Below, piece after piece: positions 8,394 through 16,884 of a stretch of 64,000 bases of DNA (the stretch's first letter is position 1; every line of letters begins with the position of its first letter). Both the position numbers and the translations under genes were made by a program. The stretch is taken from NCBI GenBank assembly GCA_005889135.1, contig VBEK01000124.1, positions 15,658-79,657 of the forward strand, in the 5' to 3' direction. Origin of the DNA: Chloroflexota bacterium. Lineage in GTDB: Bacteria; Chloroflexota; Dormibacteria; Dormibacterales; Dormibacteraceae. The notes below the pieces were generated by a model, which searched no databases, was not told the origin of the DNA, and saw nothing but the letters and a program-made list of their open reading frames with translations.

Positions 8394-9671
8394 TTAGCGC
8401 CGCCCGAGCTTGAATCCCTTCTTTTCGCCTTTGGGCTCGCTTGCGGTCGAGCCGGCGATCTGCTGCGCCAGCTGCTCGACCCCACGCGAGATCTCGCTCT
8501 TCGGGTCGGTCAGGACGAGGATCTCGCCCTTGACCGCGGCCTCGTCCGGCTTGGTGCCGTCGAAGCCGATCTCGATCGCCAGCTCCTGCTTAAGCGTCCG
8601 GACGACGTCCTCCTTGCTCACCACCGACTTCGGGACCTTGTTGTTGAGGGCGAGGATGACGCGGCCCGGGACGATGTTGAGGACGTTGGTGAAGATGTTC
8701 AGCAGCTCGCCCACGTCCTTGAGGGAGGAGAGCTCGGGCGTAACCAGGACCAGCACGCGCTGGGAGTGGTCGAGGACGCTGATGACGATGTCGGTGAAGG
8801 CCACGCCGAGGTCGAAGACGATGTAGCGGAACGCGTTGACCAGGATGCCCATCGCCCGGTTGACCAGGTCGACGGTGATCAGGTCGGCCTGCTCGGCGCG
8901 CAGCACGCCGGGAAGCAGCATCATGCCGCCGGGGTGGTGGAGGATCGCGCCGAGCACCGCCTCCTCGAAGTTCTGCGGCGGCACCTGGCTCGCGGCGGCC
9001 AGACAGCCCGTGGGAGTGAGGTAGGAGATCAATGCGGCGTGGTTGTAGGGCAGCGCGAGGTCGACGAGCAGCACCTCGCCCGGGAACCGGCGGGCAAGTG
9101 ACGCGGCCAGGTTGACGGCGATGGTCGTTCGGCCCGAGCCGCCCTTGGGCGAGTAGATGGCGACGGTCGAGGCCGCCTGCTCCGGGGCGACCATGCGCGC
9201 GCGGGCTATCAGGTTGGGGAGGGTGTCCTTGCGCTGCTCGACCAGCTTGGTGAGCTCGATCAGGGCGTCGGACTCGGCGGGGACGGTCTCGTAGAGCGTC
9301 TTCCGGTCGAGGGTCAGGAGCCTGCAGTCCTCCAGGGCGCGGACGCTGGCTGTGCGGGTCTCCTCCGAGATCAGGGCCATCTCGCCGAAGAAGTCGTCCG
9401 GACCCATGAGGGCGATCGTGATCGTGTGGCCGGGGGACTCCTCGACGTAGACCTCGCACCGTCCCGACTCGACGATGAACATCGTGTCGCCGGGGTCGCC
9501 CTGGTGGACGATGACCGAGCCGCGGGCGGCCGACGCCGACGCCAGGCGCCGGGCGAGGGCGTGGAGGATGTTGTCCGGCAGCGTGAAAAAGATGGCGACT
9601 CGCTCCAGGATCTGGAAGCGCCTTCGGAGCTCGTCCGGCGAGCCCGCTGTTGGGTGATCGTTGTCGCTCAC
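8394..9671 (-). CDS. cNMP-binding domain fused to CpaE/TadZ-like MinD/ParA-family ATPase
   Basis: cNMP cassette 'GDTMFIVESGRCEVYV...FFGEMALISEETRTASVRA'. Deviant Walker A 'IYSPKGGSGRTTIAVNLA' and 'VLLVDLAL'. GTG 9671 preferred (TATAAT at 9682-9687 on this strand) because the ATG at 9785 overlaps tRNA-Asp. Confidence 0.75.
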   Translation of the reverse strand: MSDNDHPTAGSPDELRRRFQILERVAIFFTLPDNILHALARRLASASAARGSVIVHQGDPGDTMFIVESGRCEVYVEESPGHTITIALMGPDDFFGEMALISEETRTASVRALEDCRLLTLDRKTLYETVPAESDALIELTKLVEQRKDTLPNLIARARMVAPEQAASTVAIYSPKGGSGRTTIAVNLAASLARRFPGEVLLVDLALPYNHAALISYLTPTGCLAAASQVPPQNFEEAVLGAILHHPGGMMLLPGVLRAEQADLITVDLVNRAMGILVNAFRYIVFDLGVAFTDIVISVLDHSQRVLVLVTPELSSLKDVGELLNIFTNVLNIVPGRVILALNNKVPKSVVSKEDVVRTLKQELAIEIGFDGTKPDEAAVKGEILVLTDPKSEISRGVEQLAQQIAGSTASEPKGEKKGFKLGRR

Positions 9672-9757
9672 GCCGACGGGAATTATAGGTATGGGGTATC
9701 CCGGATCCGGCCAGGTTTCGGGCGAGTTCTGGGCCGTTGGTAGACTTAGCCGCTGCC

Positions 9758-9836
9758 GGTCCCGTGGTGTAGCCTGGCCAAACACGCGGCCCTGTCAAGG
9801 CCGAGAACGCCGGTTCGAATCCGGTCGGGACCGCCA
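9758..9836 (+). tRNA. tRNA-Asp (GTC), CCA encoded
   Basis: Hand-folded cloverleaf: acceptor GGTCCCG/CGGGACC, anticodon stem CGGCC/GGCCG, loop CTGTCAA, T-loop TTCGAAT. Confidence 0.9.
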
Positions 9837-9853
9837 TTGAGGTGCTGCTCGCC

Positions 9854-9944
9854 GGAGAGGTGGCCGAGTGGTTGAAGGCGGCGGTCTCGAAAACCGTTAT
9901 GGGTCACTGGCCCATCGAGAGTTCGAATCTCTCCCTCTCCGCCA
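9854..9944 (+). tRNA. tRNA-Ser (CGA), class II with long variable arm, CCA encoded
   Basis: Acceptor GGAGAGG/CCTCTCC, anticodon loop CTCGAAA, variable arm GGG..CCC, T-arm GAGAG-TTCGAAT-CTCTC. Confidence 0.9.
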
Positions 9945-10130
9945 GTTCTCGAGATTGGGCGTCTTGACTCCCTTGGCCAGGTCCTGTGCGTCGGCTGCAC
10001 GGGCCTGGTAGACCCCTCTCAAGATCAAATCAAGAGGGCGTGGAGCTCCGCGGCCAGCCGGCAATGCTTCCCGGAGGAGGCGCCGCTGGTGCCTTCATGT
10101 TTATCGGATACAAGGCCATCACTGAGCCTG

Positions 10131-11264
10131 TCAGCTAGGACAGCCATAGTTCGGATCGCACCGATACTGCTGCGTGGAATCGTCGAAGGAGGCGGTCAAC
10201 CATGTCAGGTTGGTCTCTTCGTGCTGGACCTCGCTGATGTAGCCAGTGGCCGCGGTCGAGTACCAGTTTCCCGAGTACCACGCGCCGACGCATCCCCAGA
10301 TGTCGCCGCCCGTAGGATTCAGCCAGGTGATCCAGCCCTCATAACAACCGCGCATCCACGCGCCCCAGTAGTCGGCGGCGGCCGCAGTCGAATCGCGGGT
10401 GAATGGAAAGGTTCCGTTCTGGTTACCTGCATAGGCTGGGTAGGGCGATTGCCATGCGGGGTTGTCCCAACTCATGATCCCCAGGATCGAGAACGTCTTC
10501 GGGCAGAAGCCGGTGGTCGGTGTGGAAGGGTAGCCACCGACGCTCGTGATGGGGTCGAGCTGGTAGTCGTGGCCTCCAACAGCGGCGATCCCGCTGCAGT
10601 AGGTAATCGAGTCAGCGGTGACGGATGAGAAAGCGTCGCCACAACCTCGCAGCCAGTAGCAGCCTGCGGTCGGGTAGTTGAGATATTGGAACCACGTCGA
10701 CTCTGTCACAGCATCGGCACGGATCAGGTTGTCGGGCAGGCCCCACTTGCACGCTGCCCACTGGAAGATCTCATCGGTGGTTCCGGTGAACTGCCCGTCA
10801 ACGCGCGGCAGCAACCATGTATCCCACAGTGAGTTGTAAGTGTTTCCCAGGTCCCGAGGCCGCAGCGCAAAGGAAGCGGCCATCGCTCCGGGTGCAGGCA
10901 TCGTGTTGTTCTGCATCGTGTTCTCAGGCCGTGGCTCCCAGGTGGACTGGTGAACCTGAGCGGCACACTGCGCGCCAGAGGGCAGCGAAGACCAGGAACC
11001 TACCGGCCCCAGGCTGGTGAAGTACCCACTTGCCGGCGGTGCCGTGCTTCCGACAGACGCGGGACCGGGCGTAGGCGACGGTGACGTTGTCGGTGAAGGT
11101 GAAGGCGTCGGTGTTGGGCTAGTTGAGGGGCTCAAACACTTGTGACGTGAGTGGCAGTTTGGTTGCGCAGTGACTTGTTGGGGTGAGACAGCAATGAAAC
11201 CCAGGCTGCTCACCAACGCCAGTAGCGTTATCCGCGCTCGGATTGGCTGCTGCGAGTGTGTCAA
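10131..11264 (-). CDS. Secreted Cys-rich protein with Pro/Ser/Thr linker; possible lysozyme-like/lytic-transglycosylase-like domain (paralog of 35624..36904)
   Basis: Signal peptide 'ITLLALVSSLGFIAV', linker 'SPSTSPTPTPSPSPTTSPSPTP', 10 Cys in the mature domain. 'QWAACKWGLPDNLIRADAVTESTWFQ' resembles the SLT 'ES' catalytic region. Confidence 0.7.
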   Translation of the reverse strand: MTHSQQPIRARITLLALVSSLGFIAVSPQQVTAQPNCHSRHKCLSPSTSPTPTPSPSPTTSPSPTPGPASVGSTAPPASGYFTSLGPVGSWSSLPSGAQCAAQVHQSTWEPRPENTMQNNTMPAPGAMAASFALRPRDLGNTYNSLWDTWLLPRVDGQFTGTTDEIFQWAACKWGLPDNLIRADAVTESTWFQYLNYPTAGCYWLRGCGDAFSSVTADSITYCSGIAAVGGHDYQLDPITSVGGYPSTPTTGFCPKTFSILGIMSWDNPAWQSPYPAYAGNQNGTFPFTRDSTAAAADYWGAWMRGCYEGWITWLNPTGGDIWGCVGAWYSGNWYSTAATGYISEVQHEETNLTWLTASFDDSTQQYRCDPNYGCPS

Positions 11265-11526
11265 TTCGCGCTACCTCCGAAGTCGTTCGTTGCCGGCGAG
11301 ACTTCAACTGCCCGACTTGGGAGCTAACGCTCATGTCCGACGAAGCTTGCGGAAGAGTGCCCGAACCTGTCACTCGGTATCCGCTACGAACGACAACCAC
11401 AACCCGGCGGCATCGCTGATCAATACGACGCGCCAGAGCGGGCAATTATCGTCCGCGGCATGGGCGCACAGCAATGCGCAACTCTAGATTTCCGATCCAG
11501 AACGCAAAATGGCATCCTAGACGTCC

Positions 11527-12480
11527 ATGTCGCAGGAACCACCGAGCAAAGCACCGCCCCGGTGGTCACCTGCCGGATATTGGTGGCGACACACCAAGGG
11601 CACGTCCTTAGGGCGAAATCTGGGGATCGGCGGCGGCGCGCTTATCGCCTTGGTCGCGATTATCGCCATCGGTGCGTCTGCGGCGAACCGGCCAGGTTCG
11701 TCCGCGAAATCGACGCCTGCTGCGGTAGTACCTTCCAGCCCGTCATGGCCCATTCCTTCTCATTCCAGCCCGTCTCCGAGCGGCCCGGTCTGCATTGCCG
11801 ATCCCCACGCCCACGTATACAGCCCCGACCGCCTCGAGCTGCTGGCCGCTTGCGTCGAGGTGAGCGGCACCATCGAAGAAGAGAGCGCCCAGGAGGATGG
11901 GGACTACCACGTTCGTCTTCGCCTCGACCCCGGCCAGACCTGCTCGGGCCAACCCTGCCTGAACGGGCGCAACCTGAGCCAGCTGGAGGGTGATCTGCTG
12001 CTGGAGCCGGTCTGCGAGAACCCGGTCACACGAGAGGATGCTGTCGCGGCTTGCCAGGGCTATCACAACCCGCTCGTGCTGCCCCTGGTCGGCAGTCACG
12101 TTGCGGCGGTGGGTCCATTCGTGCTCGATATCGACCACGGCTGGAACGAGATTCATCCGTTGGAGTCGATAACCGTGGTGCCGGTGCCACCGAGCGCTCC
12201 CCCGGTTGTCCTCACGGTCACCATCACCGCCGCCGCATACGGCTATGTCGCTGCGACCACGGCTCCAGGCGCTTCCTGCACCGCTACAGCCAGGCTTCCC
12301 TCCGGCGAAACTAGCGGGGCTAGCGCGTTACAAGCGACGGTCGTGGCCGGACAGGACGGCGCGGTGGCGTGGAGTTATGGAACCGTCTCCACCACGAAGT
12401 CCGGAACCGGGACGCACACGGTGACATGTACGCTGAACGGCACGACCGCGAGTGCGTCCGCTCCGTTCACGGTGCCGTGA
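11527..12480 (+). CDS. Hypothetical membrane-anchored exported protein
   Basis: Single TM 'GGGALIALVAIIAIGASAA', then a Ser/Pro linker and a Cys-containing ectodomain. No family recognised. Confidence 0.6.
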   Translation: MSQEPPSKAPPRWSPAGYWWRHTKGTSLGRNLGIGGGALIALVAIIAIGASAANRPGSSAKSTPAAVVPSSPSWPIPSHSSPSPSGPVCIADPHAHVYSPDRLELLAACVEVSGTIEEESAQEDGDYHVRLRLDPGQTCSGQPCLNGRNLSQLEGDLLLEPVCENPVTREDAVAACQGYHNPLVLPLVGSHVAAVGPFVLDIDHGWNEIHPLESITVVPVPPSAPPVVLTVTITAAAYGYVAATTAPGASCTATARLPSGETSGASALQATVVAGQDGAVAWSYGTVSTTKSGTGTHTVTCTLNGTTASASAPFTVP

Positions 12481-12509
12481 AGCACGTTACAAACAGGGCG
12501 ACCTCGCCT

Positions 12510-12545
12510 CTGTGGGCCCATGGGACGGAAGGCCCATAGCTTTTC
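12510..12545 (+). terminator. Possible intrinsic terminator
   Basis: CTGTGGGCC (12510-12518) / GGCCCATAG (12531-12539) with one mismatch and a 12-nt loop, followed by CTTTTC. Confidence 0.35.
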
Positions 12546-12614
12546 GAGCGGCCGCATCTGATCATTTGATCAGCTTTGCCGAATCGATCTGCCATCGCCC
12601 GGACCCTTGACGTG

Positions 12615-12851
12615 ATGCTCCCCTTCAGGGTCGTGATTCGATCGTCCACGGGCTGGTCGAGCCAGGATCGAAACAGAGTCCTGAGGCGGGCCGGCGCGCT
12701 GCAGGAGCCTCCCGCTGAACTTACTGAGCGAGGATTCGAGCTGTCCTTGAGGGCGAAGGCGGCCGAGGCGGCAAGAGAGAAGGTGGAGGCGGCTGTGCAA
12801 GGGATCCACTCGCACACCGGGGTTTATCTCACCACCGAGCTACGCCCCTAA
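12615..12851 (+). CDS. Hypothetical small protein (weak call)
   Basis: 78 aa. Third-codon positions look G/C-enriched by eye, as in neighbouring genes. No motif recognised. Confidence 0.25.
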   Translation: MLPFRVVIRSSTGWSSQDRNRVLRRAGALQEPPAELTERGFELSLRAKAAEAAREKVEAAVQGIHSHTGVYLTTELRP

Positions 12852-13043
12852 CTCGCTCACAGGACGCTTTGCGGTGTCGACGCGGCTCCAGCGCTGCCAC
12901 CGTTGCCGAGGCGTAGGAACGAGCTGAGCGCGGTGAGCAGGGCGGCAGTATTCCATTCGCCGCGTAATGCTCGTGCGGTGACATTCAGTGATCGATCCCA
13001 AATCCACGCGACAGAAGAAGAACCGGTGCGGTCACCGGTCATG

Positions 13044-13310
13044 TCATATGTCTAAGTGAAGTGCGTCGGGCGGTGTCGAAATTGTTGTTGGCTGGTTGGG
13101 GGCGATCGCCGCCTGCACCGTCGGGCGCCCCTGGTTACAGGACTGCACTCTCGCGTGAGAGGTGAGGCTAACTAGGCTCAGGGTCACTGTTCCGGTCAGG
13201 ATGCCGAGGGCTGTTACGACGACTAGGATCTCGACCAACGTCAACCCGCGCTGGCCGTTGCGTGCTCGCATGCCCTGGTTGATGTACCGGTACAACCTTT
13301 CCATCGACAT
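13044..13310 (-). CDS. Type IV pilin/pseudopilin-like protein (prepilin N-terminal cleavage/methylation domain)
   Basis: 'NGQRG|LTLVEILVVVTALGILTGTV' matches the G/(F,L)TL(I,V)E prepilin signature. Start uncertain (13310, 13304 or 13271). Confidence 0.65.
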   Translation of the reverse strand: MSMERLYRYINQGMRARNGQRGLTLVEILVVVTALGILTGTVTLSLVSLTSHARVQSCNQGRPTVQAAIAPNQPTTISTPPDALHLDI

Positions 13311-13976
13311 CCCTACTTCTTGTCGTGAACCCAGGGACTGGGGAGGTTGGCGGCGGAGAGGGATTGTCGCTCGACAGCGACAGTGTCGACCGGCGGCGCG
13401 GATGCGTCTGACCCGGCTGGAGCCGCTCGCATCACGATCACGATTCAAACTGTATGAGCAGTGCTCCTCGACTGAAATGGGACCGTAGTACCAGGCGGAT
13501 AGACAATTTCGCAGCCATCGGGACTCGACCGTGCCCCGATCAGGCGTGGCGCCGAGCGCGGGCGCCCGGTGCGCTGTATAGCGGCAGGTGCGCGCCCCGC
13601 GGCTCCAGCTAACGGCGCACCTGAAGAGGCACAGATCCTCCCCTCGCGGTCGCCGCCAGTCGTCGAAGTCCCGGGTGGGATCGGGACATGCTTGGAAACC
13701 CCCCCATACTCGAGACCGGCGCCGGCCCTTTGCCTCGGCAATTCAGCCCTTCGCGACTCCGCCCCGCCCCGAGAATTCAATTCGCCAGTCCATGACGGCT
13801 CGGAAATGGCTCACATCGGGCACCCACGCCAGGTGGGCTCCCTTGGGCCGCTGCGGCGTCCATCGCTCGGGTGCTCGGGACATTTGCCTTATTGGTAAAT
13901 ACGGCGCGGCCCGCCATTCTTGTCGGCAGTGGAGGCGCACGACCTTGCTCGGCCTGGGACGTCATGGCCGAGCCAG

Positions 13977-14315
13977 ATGAGACGCAGGGGCTTTCCTTAT
14001 TCCGCGTTGCTGCGGATCGGCGTAGTGGCAAACCTAGGTTTGGGGTTGGTCGTCCTTGTCGGCCTGAGGCCGGCGGGGTGGTCCGGATGGCTCCAGCTAG
14101 GCACCGGCGCCTTCTGCTGTCTGATCGCCGGTTGGATCGCGGCCGCGGGCTGGTCGATGTCGTACTGGAATCGGAGCATGGCCCGGCAGGTGGCGACCTG
14201 GCGCCGCATCGCCGACACGTTTTGCGCTTGGGTCGAGGAGGTGCCTGTGCCCACCGAAGCTTTGCACCAATTGAAGTCGTCTCTCGAGGAGGCTGTTTCC
14301 ACCGGGCGAACCTAG
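13977..14315 (+). CDS. Hypothetical two-TM membrane protein
   Basis: 'ALLRIGVVANLGLGLVVLVGL' and 'GAFCCLIAGWIAAAGW', then a soluble tail. Lies upstream of a TM-less histidine kinase. Confidence 0.45.
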   Translation: MRRRGFPYSALLRIGVVANLGLGLVVLVGLRPAGWSGWLQLGTGAFCCLIAGWIAAAGWSMSYWNRSMARQVATWRRIADTFCAWVEEVPVPTEALHQLKSSLEEAVSTGRT

Positions 14316-14463
14316 CCCTTCTGGCGCCCAACCCAGGCCGTCAGGTTCCGTCGTATCGAGCCCGTGTCCATGATCAACGTCGACGCCTGAGGACCGCCGA
14401 TACGTGGCGGCTCCGAAGTTGCGGCGACGCGTCCACGGCTAGGACTTTGGTGCTTTCGTACCA

Positions 14464-14492
14464 TTGACCCGACAATTACTGGCACTTAACCT
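14464..14492 (+). promoter_or_regulatory. Candidate sigma-70-type promoter
   Basis: TTGACC-N17-TAACCT, about 50 nt upstream of the kinase GTG. Confidence 0.3.
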
Positions 14493-14540
14493 GCTGAAGG
14501 GCGGGAGTCCCATGTACTTCGGAGTCTCCTCCAGGGAAAC

Positions 14541-15314
14541 GTGTGGAGTCTCGCCGACTCCATTTTTCAGTTATCCATTTTAAAGGGAGGGACTTTGGCC
14601 ACGGCGATGACTGCGATCGGCCGTAGGTCGAAGGTGTCTAGCCGGCAGGCTGCGATTGAGCAAGATGTCAGGCGCCAGCTTGCGCGCGAGCTGCACGACC
14701 GGGTCGCCCAGACGCTCACGGGCATGCTGGTCGATGTCGAAAACTTCAAGACAGAGCAGGTTGGGTGGAAGGACGTCGTCAAGCAGATGGACATCGTTCA
14801 GGACTCGACGCGGGAAGTGCTCATGGCGATCCGCCAGCTGCTTCACGATCTCCGAGGGGAGGACGAGCTTGGCGCCAGCTTCAGCGATTCCGTTCGATCA
14901 CTGATTGCCAGGTTCCAGGACAAGACCCAGGTTCCGGTCGAGCTCGAAGTCAAGCCTGACTGGCCAGACGCTCTGGCCGCTCCGGCGTTCTTGAACATGT
15001 ATCGCATCATCGAGGAGGCTCTCTCCAATGTGAGGATGCACAGCAGAGCTAGATCCGTGCGCATCATCCTGGAGCCGCGACCTGAGAACGAGCTGGCGAT
15101 TGTAGTCCGCGATGACGGACGGGGTCTTGACACAGATCAATCCCGGCCAATGGGCTTCGGGACCCTCGGGATGAAGGAGCGCGCTCTCTTGCTCGGTGGT
15201 CAGGTCGAGATCGACAGCGAACCCGGGCGAGGGACCACCGTGCAGGCGGTGTTTCCAAGGCGGCGGTTGGTCCCACAAGATTTGTCTCGCTCGCTCGAAC
15301 TCGTGATCGCATGA
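14541..15314 (+). CDS. Histidine kinase, HisKA_3 (NarL-partner) class, no TM segment
   Basis: H-box 'LARELHDRVAQTL', N-box 'IIEEALSNVRMHS', G-boxes 'DDGRGL' and 'GFGTLGMKERA..GG'. Confidence 0.88.
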   Translation: MWSLADSIFQLSILKGGTLATAMTAIGRRSKVSSRQAAIEQDVRRQLARELHDRVAQTLTGMLVDVENFKTEQVGWKDVVKQMDIVQDSTREVLMAIRQLLHDLRGEDELGASFSDSVRSLIARFQDKTQVPVELEVKPDWPDALAAPAFLNMYRIIEEALSNVRMHSRARSVRIILEPRPENELAIVVRDDGRGLDTDQSRPMGFGTLGMKERALLLGGQVEIDSEPGRGTTVQAVFPRRRLVPQDLSRSLELVIA

Positions 15315-15967
15315 CACCGCCCGCAAGAGTTGCGCGCGTCCTTGTTGTCGATGATCAGACACTTTTCCGCACTGGGTTGACCAGTCTTCTCGCTGCCGAC
15401 GAACGCGTGGAGGTGGTGGGTCAGGCCGTCGATGGGGCTGATGCCGTCGAGAAAGCGAGCAAGCTAGAGCCCGACGTGGTCTTGATGGACATCAAGATGC
15501 CGACCCTCGACGGCATAGAGGCGACCCGGCAGATCGTCCAGGCCGTGCCGGGAGTCCGTGTGCTGATCCTGACCACATTCGAAACCGACAGTCAGGTCAT
15601 ACAGGCGCTGAAGGCTGGCGCCAGCGGATTCGTGCTTAAAGACTCATCGGTTGCGGCGATCATCAGCAGCATCATCGCTGTGATGTCTGGCGAGCGCGTC
15701 ATGGCGAGCGCTGTCGCAAATCGCGTGCTCGAGATGCTGACCGGCACGGCGACTCCGAACGAGTTCTACGACGGTATGACCAACCGGGAGATCGAGATCC
15801 TGAAGTTGCTGGCCACCGGCGTCCCGAATAAGCAGATCGCCTATCGCTTGAAGATCAGCGAGAAAACTGTTCGGAACCACGTGAGCAACATGTACGAGAA
15901 ACTTGGTATCTACGATCGGTCGCAGGCGGTGCTTTACGCGGTGAAAAAAGGACTCGTCGAGGTCTAG
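15311..15967 (+). CDS. Response regulator, NarL/FixJ family (REC + LuxR HTH)
   Basis: 'VLVVDDQ', 'DVVLMDIKMP', 'LTNREIEILKLLATGVPNKQIAYRLKISEKTVRNHVSNMYEKLG'. ATGA overlap with the kinase. Confidence 0.93.
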   Translation: MTPPARVARVLVVDDQTLFRTGLTSLLAADERVEVVGQAVDGADAVEKASKLEPDVVLMDIKMPTLDGIEATRQIVQAVPGVRVLILTTFETDSQVIQALKAGASGFVLKDSSVAAIISSIIAVMSGERVMASAVANRVLEMLTGTATPNEFYDGMTNREIEILKLLATGVPNKQIAYRLKISEKTVRNHVSNMYEKLGIYDRSQAVLYAVKKGLVEV

Positions 15968-16029
15968 CTCGTCACAGGCGCTCGTGCGCGCGGGTGGCAA
16001 GATACGGCGCCTCGGTGCTGACTAGATCT

Positions 16030-16884
16030 TCATCTTCCGTCGACGTGCGCCTGATAGACCAGCTGCGCTCGCTCCCTGAGCTTGGCCAGAGAAGGTTGTT
16101 GCAACCACTGCTCGCGAAGCGCCGCCTTGGCGCGCGTCCGGTCCTCGGATGGAACCCACGCGTCCTTGGTGTCCCAGACGTCGCCCGCGTCCAGTAGCTT
16201 CGCGCCCCCGACGCTTTGGACTTCCCGGTCCAGCTGCTCGCGAGAGACCTCTCCAGACTCAAAACCAAACAGGGTCTTGGAGAGGGTTCCGCGGAGCTTT
16301 ATCAGCTCGAGGCACTCACGCACGTTTGCGTCGGTGTGGACGAATTCAGCAAAACTCGTGCCAAACCGAGCGTTGAGCTTGCGAATCACGGGTCCGAACT
16401 CGTGGGTGACCTGCTCGAACTCGCCAACTACGAAGCTGTGCCGATAAGGGAATAGGCACTCATAGAAGCGCGAGTACGCGACGAGCGCGTCGTGGATCGT
16501 GACGTTGGGTTCGCGGACGAGCTGAGACAGGATCGCGTCTTCCGGTCGGCGGATGACAAGGAGAGCAGGGACCTTGCGGTGAGCAGCCTCGATCAGCTGC
16601 GCTGGCGCATGCCAGTGGTGGGCCAGCCGTACGGGCCTTTCCTGCGAGAGTTGGAGGGCGTAGACCGCGAACGTTGTTCCACACCGCGTGTAGCCCTCGA
16701 TCACCAGCTCCGTGCGAGAGTTGATGACCTGCCTCTGCAGGTCGCGAACGTCAAGGCGAAGAGCACGCTTCGCCCTCGCGATCGGCAGATACAGCGCCGG
16801 GTGTTCCGTGACATGTGTGCGAAGGCGGTGCCTGGCTCGGCCAATCAGCGAGATCGACGCGGGCTGGCCCGCGACTGCGCTCAC
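16030..16884 (-). CDS. Sulfotransferase family protein (PAPS-dependent)
   Basis: 5'-PSB-like loop 'EGYTRCGTTF' and 3'-PB-like 'IRRPEDAILSQ'. GTG 16884 overlaps the stop of the upstream gene (GTGA). The N-terminal part of ORF 16030..17202 was rejected. Confidence 0.75.
   Translation of the reverse strand: MSAVAGQPASISLIGRARHRLRTHVTEHPALYLPIARAKRALRLDVRDLQRQVINSRTELVIEGYTRCGTTFAVYALQLSQERPVRLAHHWHAPAQLIEAAHRKVPALLVIRRPEDAILSQLVREPNVTIHDALVAYSRFYECLFPYRHSFVVGEFEQVTHEFGPVIRKLNARFGTSFAEFVHTDANVRECLELIKLRGTLSKTLFGFESGEVSREQLDREVQSVGGAKLLDAGDVWDTKDAWVPSEDRTRAKAALREQWLQQPSLAKLRERAQLVYQAHVDGR

Noticed and set aside
9672-9785. ATG at 9785 as start of the cNMP/ATPase gene
   Set aside because: It would overlap tRNA-Asp (9758-9836) on the opposite strand. 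GTG 9671, preceded by TATAAT, gives a normal cNMP-domain N-terminus. The start remains uncertain.
9945-10130. Integrated mobile element/prophage at tRNA-Ser
   Set aside because: No integrase, excisionase, transposase or phage gene anywhere in the window. I could not spot a direct repeat of the tRNA 3' end by eye, but a computational repeat search is needed.
12857-13042. 61-aa ORF starting 1 nt after the pilin-like gene stop
   Set aside because: No motif, low-complexity Ser/Ala/Leu composition, and no independent support. Could be real but cannot be supported from sequence alone.
13311-13976. ORFs 13445..13780 (-), 13569..13898 (+), 13588..13980 (+), 13743..13940 (-), 13777..14331 (-)
   Set aside because: Mutually overlapping, Arg/Pro/Gly-rich, with no motifs. 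The region is treated as non-coding or possibly decayed.
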